Shown: piece by piece, positions 61,749 to 64,000 of the stretch
How the letters are laid out: every line of letters starts with the position of its first letter
How positions within the stretch are numbered: position 1 is the stretch's first letter
NCBI GenBank assembly: GCA_001179505.1
Contig: CDMY01000267.1
Span: 62,001-126,000, forward strand
Direction of reading: 5' to 3'
DNA: 64,000 nucleotides
Source of the DNA: Vitrella brassicaformis CCMP3155
Taxonomy: Eukaryota; Protista; Chromerida
The notes under the pieces: model-generated
Databases searched by the model: none
What the model saw: the letters and a program-made list of their open reading frames with translations, nothing else
Told to the model about the DNA's origin: nothing
Program-made: the position numbers and the translations under genes

Positions 61749-63522
61749 TCACAGTATTCTCTGCAGAGTGCGTCGGTTGACCCGTGCACTCTGTGGTGCG
61801 GGGGGCGGCTGGAGGGGCTCAGCCAAGGTGGACCTGGACTCGGGAGCCTCGGATGACTGCTGCTGCTGCTGCTGCTGATGATGGCTTTGGGGCTGGGACG
61901 GCACTGCAGCTGCTATCGCCGCCGTCAGCGTACTCTCGGGAGACGACACCTGCATCGATGAGTGATGCAGACAGACAGACAGACAGAGGGGCTAATCAAT
62001 GGGCGACATCTTACTCCTCTCCTCTCCCCTCCCCGCCACCCCGTGTGCCGTGTTGTGCTTACGCTTCCTTGTGGCTGGCTTGTGGTGGTGGTGGTGATGA
62101 TTCTGTCCAGGTTGCCCTCGCTGCTCTGGGTGGACATGCGCGCGTCGCTCAGGCCGTCGGCCACCCCTCCTTTCTCCGACAGCAGCGCACCGCCACCACT
62201 CTGGTGGTGGTCAGTCGTCCGCTTGGTGGGCGGCACGGAGGGCGTCTTGATGGCCTCGATGTCCGCCGTGAATGAGTGTTTCTCGTCCTCCACGCCATAC
62301 CTCGCCGCGAAGGCCTGGGCGCGCAGAAGCTCCATGGCGTCGCGCTTCTTGACGGCCTTGAGGTTGGCCGCTCGGCGGGGGTGCAGGGGAGTCGCCAACG
62401 TGCTGAGGGAACCATCCATGGATGGATGGATGGATGATCACAGTAAGGTGTGTGGGTGTTTTGCAAACTCCCTCTCTCTGTCTGTCTGTCTTACTCGAGT
62501 CGGTTCTTTGATGCATGTGCCCCGGGCGCGCCCGTGCCACCGGTGTCTGACACACACACGGGACATTTGGACGGACACGTGACCCTTTTTTTCTGAAAGG
62601 ACATCCTCACTCACTCACCCTTGGGCACCTCAAACCGACGACCTGCATGCGTCACAGACAGTGAATGAATGAACGAACGAACGCACACAACACATACTCA
62701 CGGCGAGCAGACTGATCATTGCCTGGCGTGCTGGCTGTGCGAGTTGTGTTGCCTCACCCACCTAGCTGTCTGGGTGTTGTGGGAGTGCCCATGGCATCGC
62801 CCGTTCTGCTGCCGTTGCTGCTCTTCTGGCTCCCCAGAGGGCTCGGCAGGTCCTTCGGGCCGAGCAGCAGACCGTTCACACCGATCTTGACGTCAGACGC
62901 CAGAAACTCCTAGTTGTTCGCACACATAACACAGAGGCCATAAGCACGGAAGACCTCTCTGCCATGGTGGGGGCACGCAGGCAGACAGACTGCCGAGAAA
63001 GTGACCGCCATCATTCGGGCTCTTCTGACGATGTCCGTGGCTCTGGAGGGCTTGCTGTCGCCATCGGCGGATGAGCTGCCGACGCTCTCGCAGCTGCCCG
63101 ACGAGTCGAACGGTGCCGCGAAGCGGCTGGAGGCGGTGACGTGCACCATGGGCGACTCGGTCGTCATGTGCCGGTTGGGTGTCGGGAACGCCGAACTGTT
63201 CGCCTGGCTTGGCGCTGCACACACACACACAGACACACAGACACACACACGAGCAGCGGGCTCGCTATTGTCCGTCCGTCTCATGTGTTGTGTGTGAGGT
63301 GCGTTTGGTGACTGACTGAGTGAGTGGAGTGGTACCTCGGGAACTGCAGGGCGTCTCGCCACTCTCCTCTGGTATGGGATCAAGAGCCTGATTGAGTCAT
63401 TAGCACACACACCGTCCCAAACAGCAGAGGAAGCAACAGAGAGCGGCCTTGGTTTTCGCTTCTCTTCTCCTCACCCATGTGAGATTGCTTCTCTTTGCTG
63501 CTTCTGCTCCTGCCGCTGCCAT
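61749..63522 (-). CDS. Hypothetical Ser/Pro/Gln-rich low-complexity protein (multi-exon)
   Basis: Phase-consistent splicing: MAAAGAEAAKRSNLTW|ALDPIPEESGETPCSSR|APSQANSS..RRARMMA|EFLASDVKIGVNGLLLGPKDL..|..AVKKRDAMELLRAQAFAARY..|..QQQQ..RRTLQRIL*. Confidence 0.6.
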
Positions 63523-63693
63523 GCCGGGCTCACAAAAACAAAACCGCAATCTGTACTCAGCGAAGCGTACAAACCGGCCTGCGAGGCTCGGGGCGCCAAA
63601 CCACCAGCGAGTCAGAAGTGCGAGCTTCCTGGCGCCTGCGTTTTTGAGCTCGCACCCCGCGACAAGGCAGATCTCTCGTTTTGTGGCTTGAGA

Positions 63694-64000
63694 ATGAAGC
63701 TCCCAGGGCTGCTTGGCCTGATTGGGCCATTCATGGCACTCACCGACGCCTTCGTCGTGCCGAACCACAATCACGTCAGAACGGGGAGCACACACAATGA
63801 GGGAGGGGATGCGCAATGACGCACTCGGTGACCTGCCTGTTGATGTGTGTGTGTGTTTGCCACTTGCAGGGCCTGCAGCGACCCACGATAAGGCGGCATG
63901 CCCCCTCAAGGACTCTGAGAATGCAGGATGAGGTAAAGAGGCTGGCAGGGCAGCCGGAGGGCGGTGTCAAGGTTTGTGTGTCTTGCCTGCAGGCCGTGGC
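63694..64000 (+). CDS. 5' end of a probable plastid-targeted protein (truncated by the window)
   Basis: MKLPGLLGLIGPFMALTDA-FVVPNHNH|GLQRPTIRRHAPSRTLRMQDE|: signal peptide, +1 Phe and a basic transit-like segment, with GT-AG introns. Confidence 0.6.

Overview
This is a GC-rich, intron-dense eukaryotic window. Its style fits a chromerid alveolate such as Vitrella brassicaformis; that assignment is an inference from short microsatellite-filled introns and bipartite signal+'AF' plastid leaders, not a database match. By manual splicing I reconstruct 23 genes (22 coding, 1 pseudogene); boundaries are approximate. Recognisable products are an HslU-like ATPase, an ICT1-like GGQ hydrolase, RPL18, VMP1, a glutaredoxin, AP-1 gamma, a Spc24-like protein, GT90, GH81 and DDX24/MAK5. 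Main observations: (1) one minus-strand gene fuses PITP, PH, two TM helices, START and OSBP/ORD modules. (2) Gene orientation alternates almost perfectly, giving 11 head-to-head pairs, and the heptamer TGCGAGC recurs in 9 of the 11 short divergent spacers. (3) A ~4.5 kb inverted segmental duplication brackets ~35 kb; its second ankyrin gene copy is pseudogenised. (4) The HslU-like ATPase lacks the GYVG pore loop, most of the I-domain and the HslV-activating tail. (5) A secreted PAN-GH81 carries three 8-Cys repeats and an apparent Glu->Gly change at a catalytic position. I saw no tRNA, rRNA, CRISPR array or transposase.
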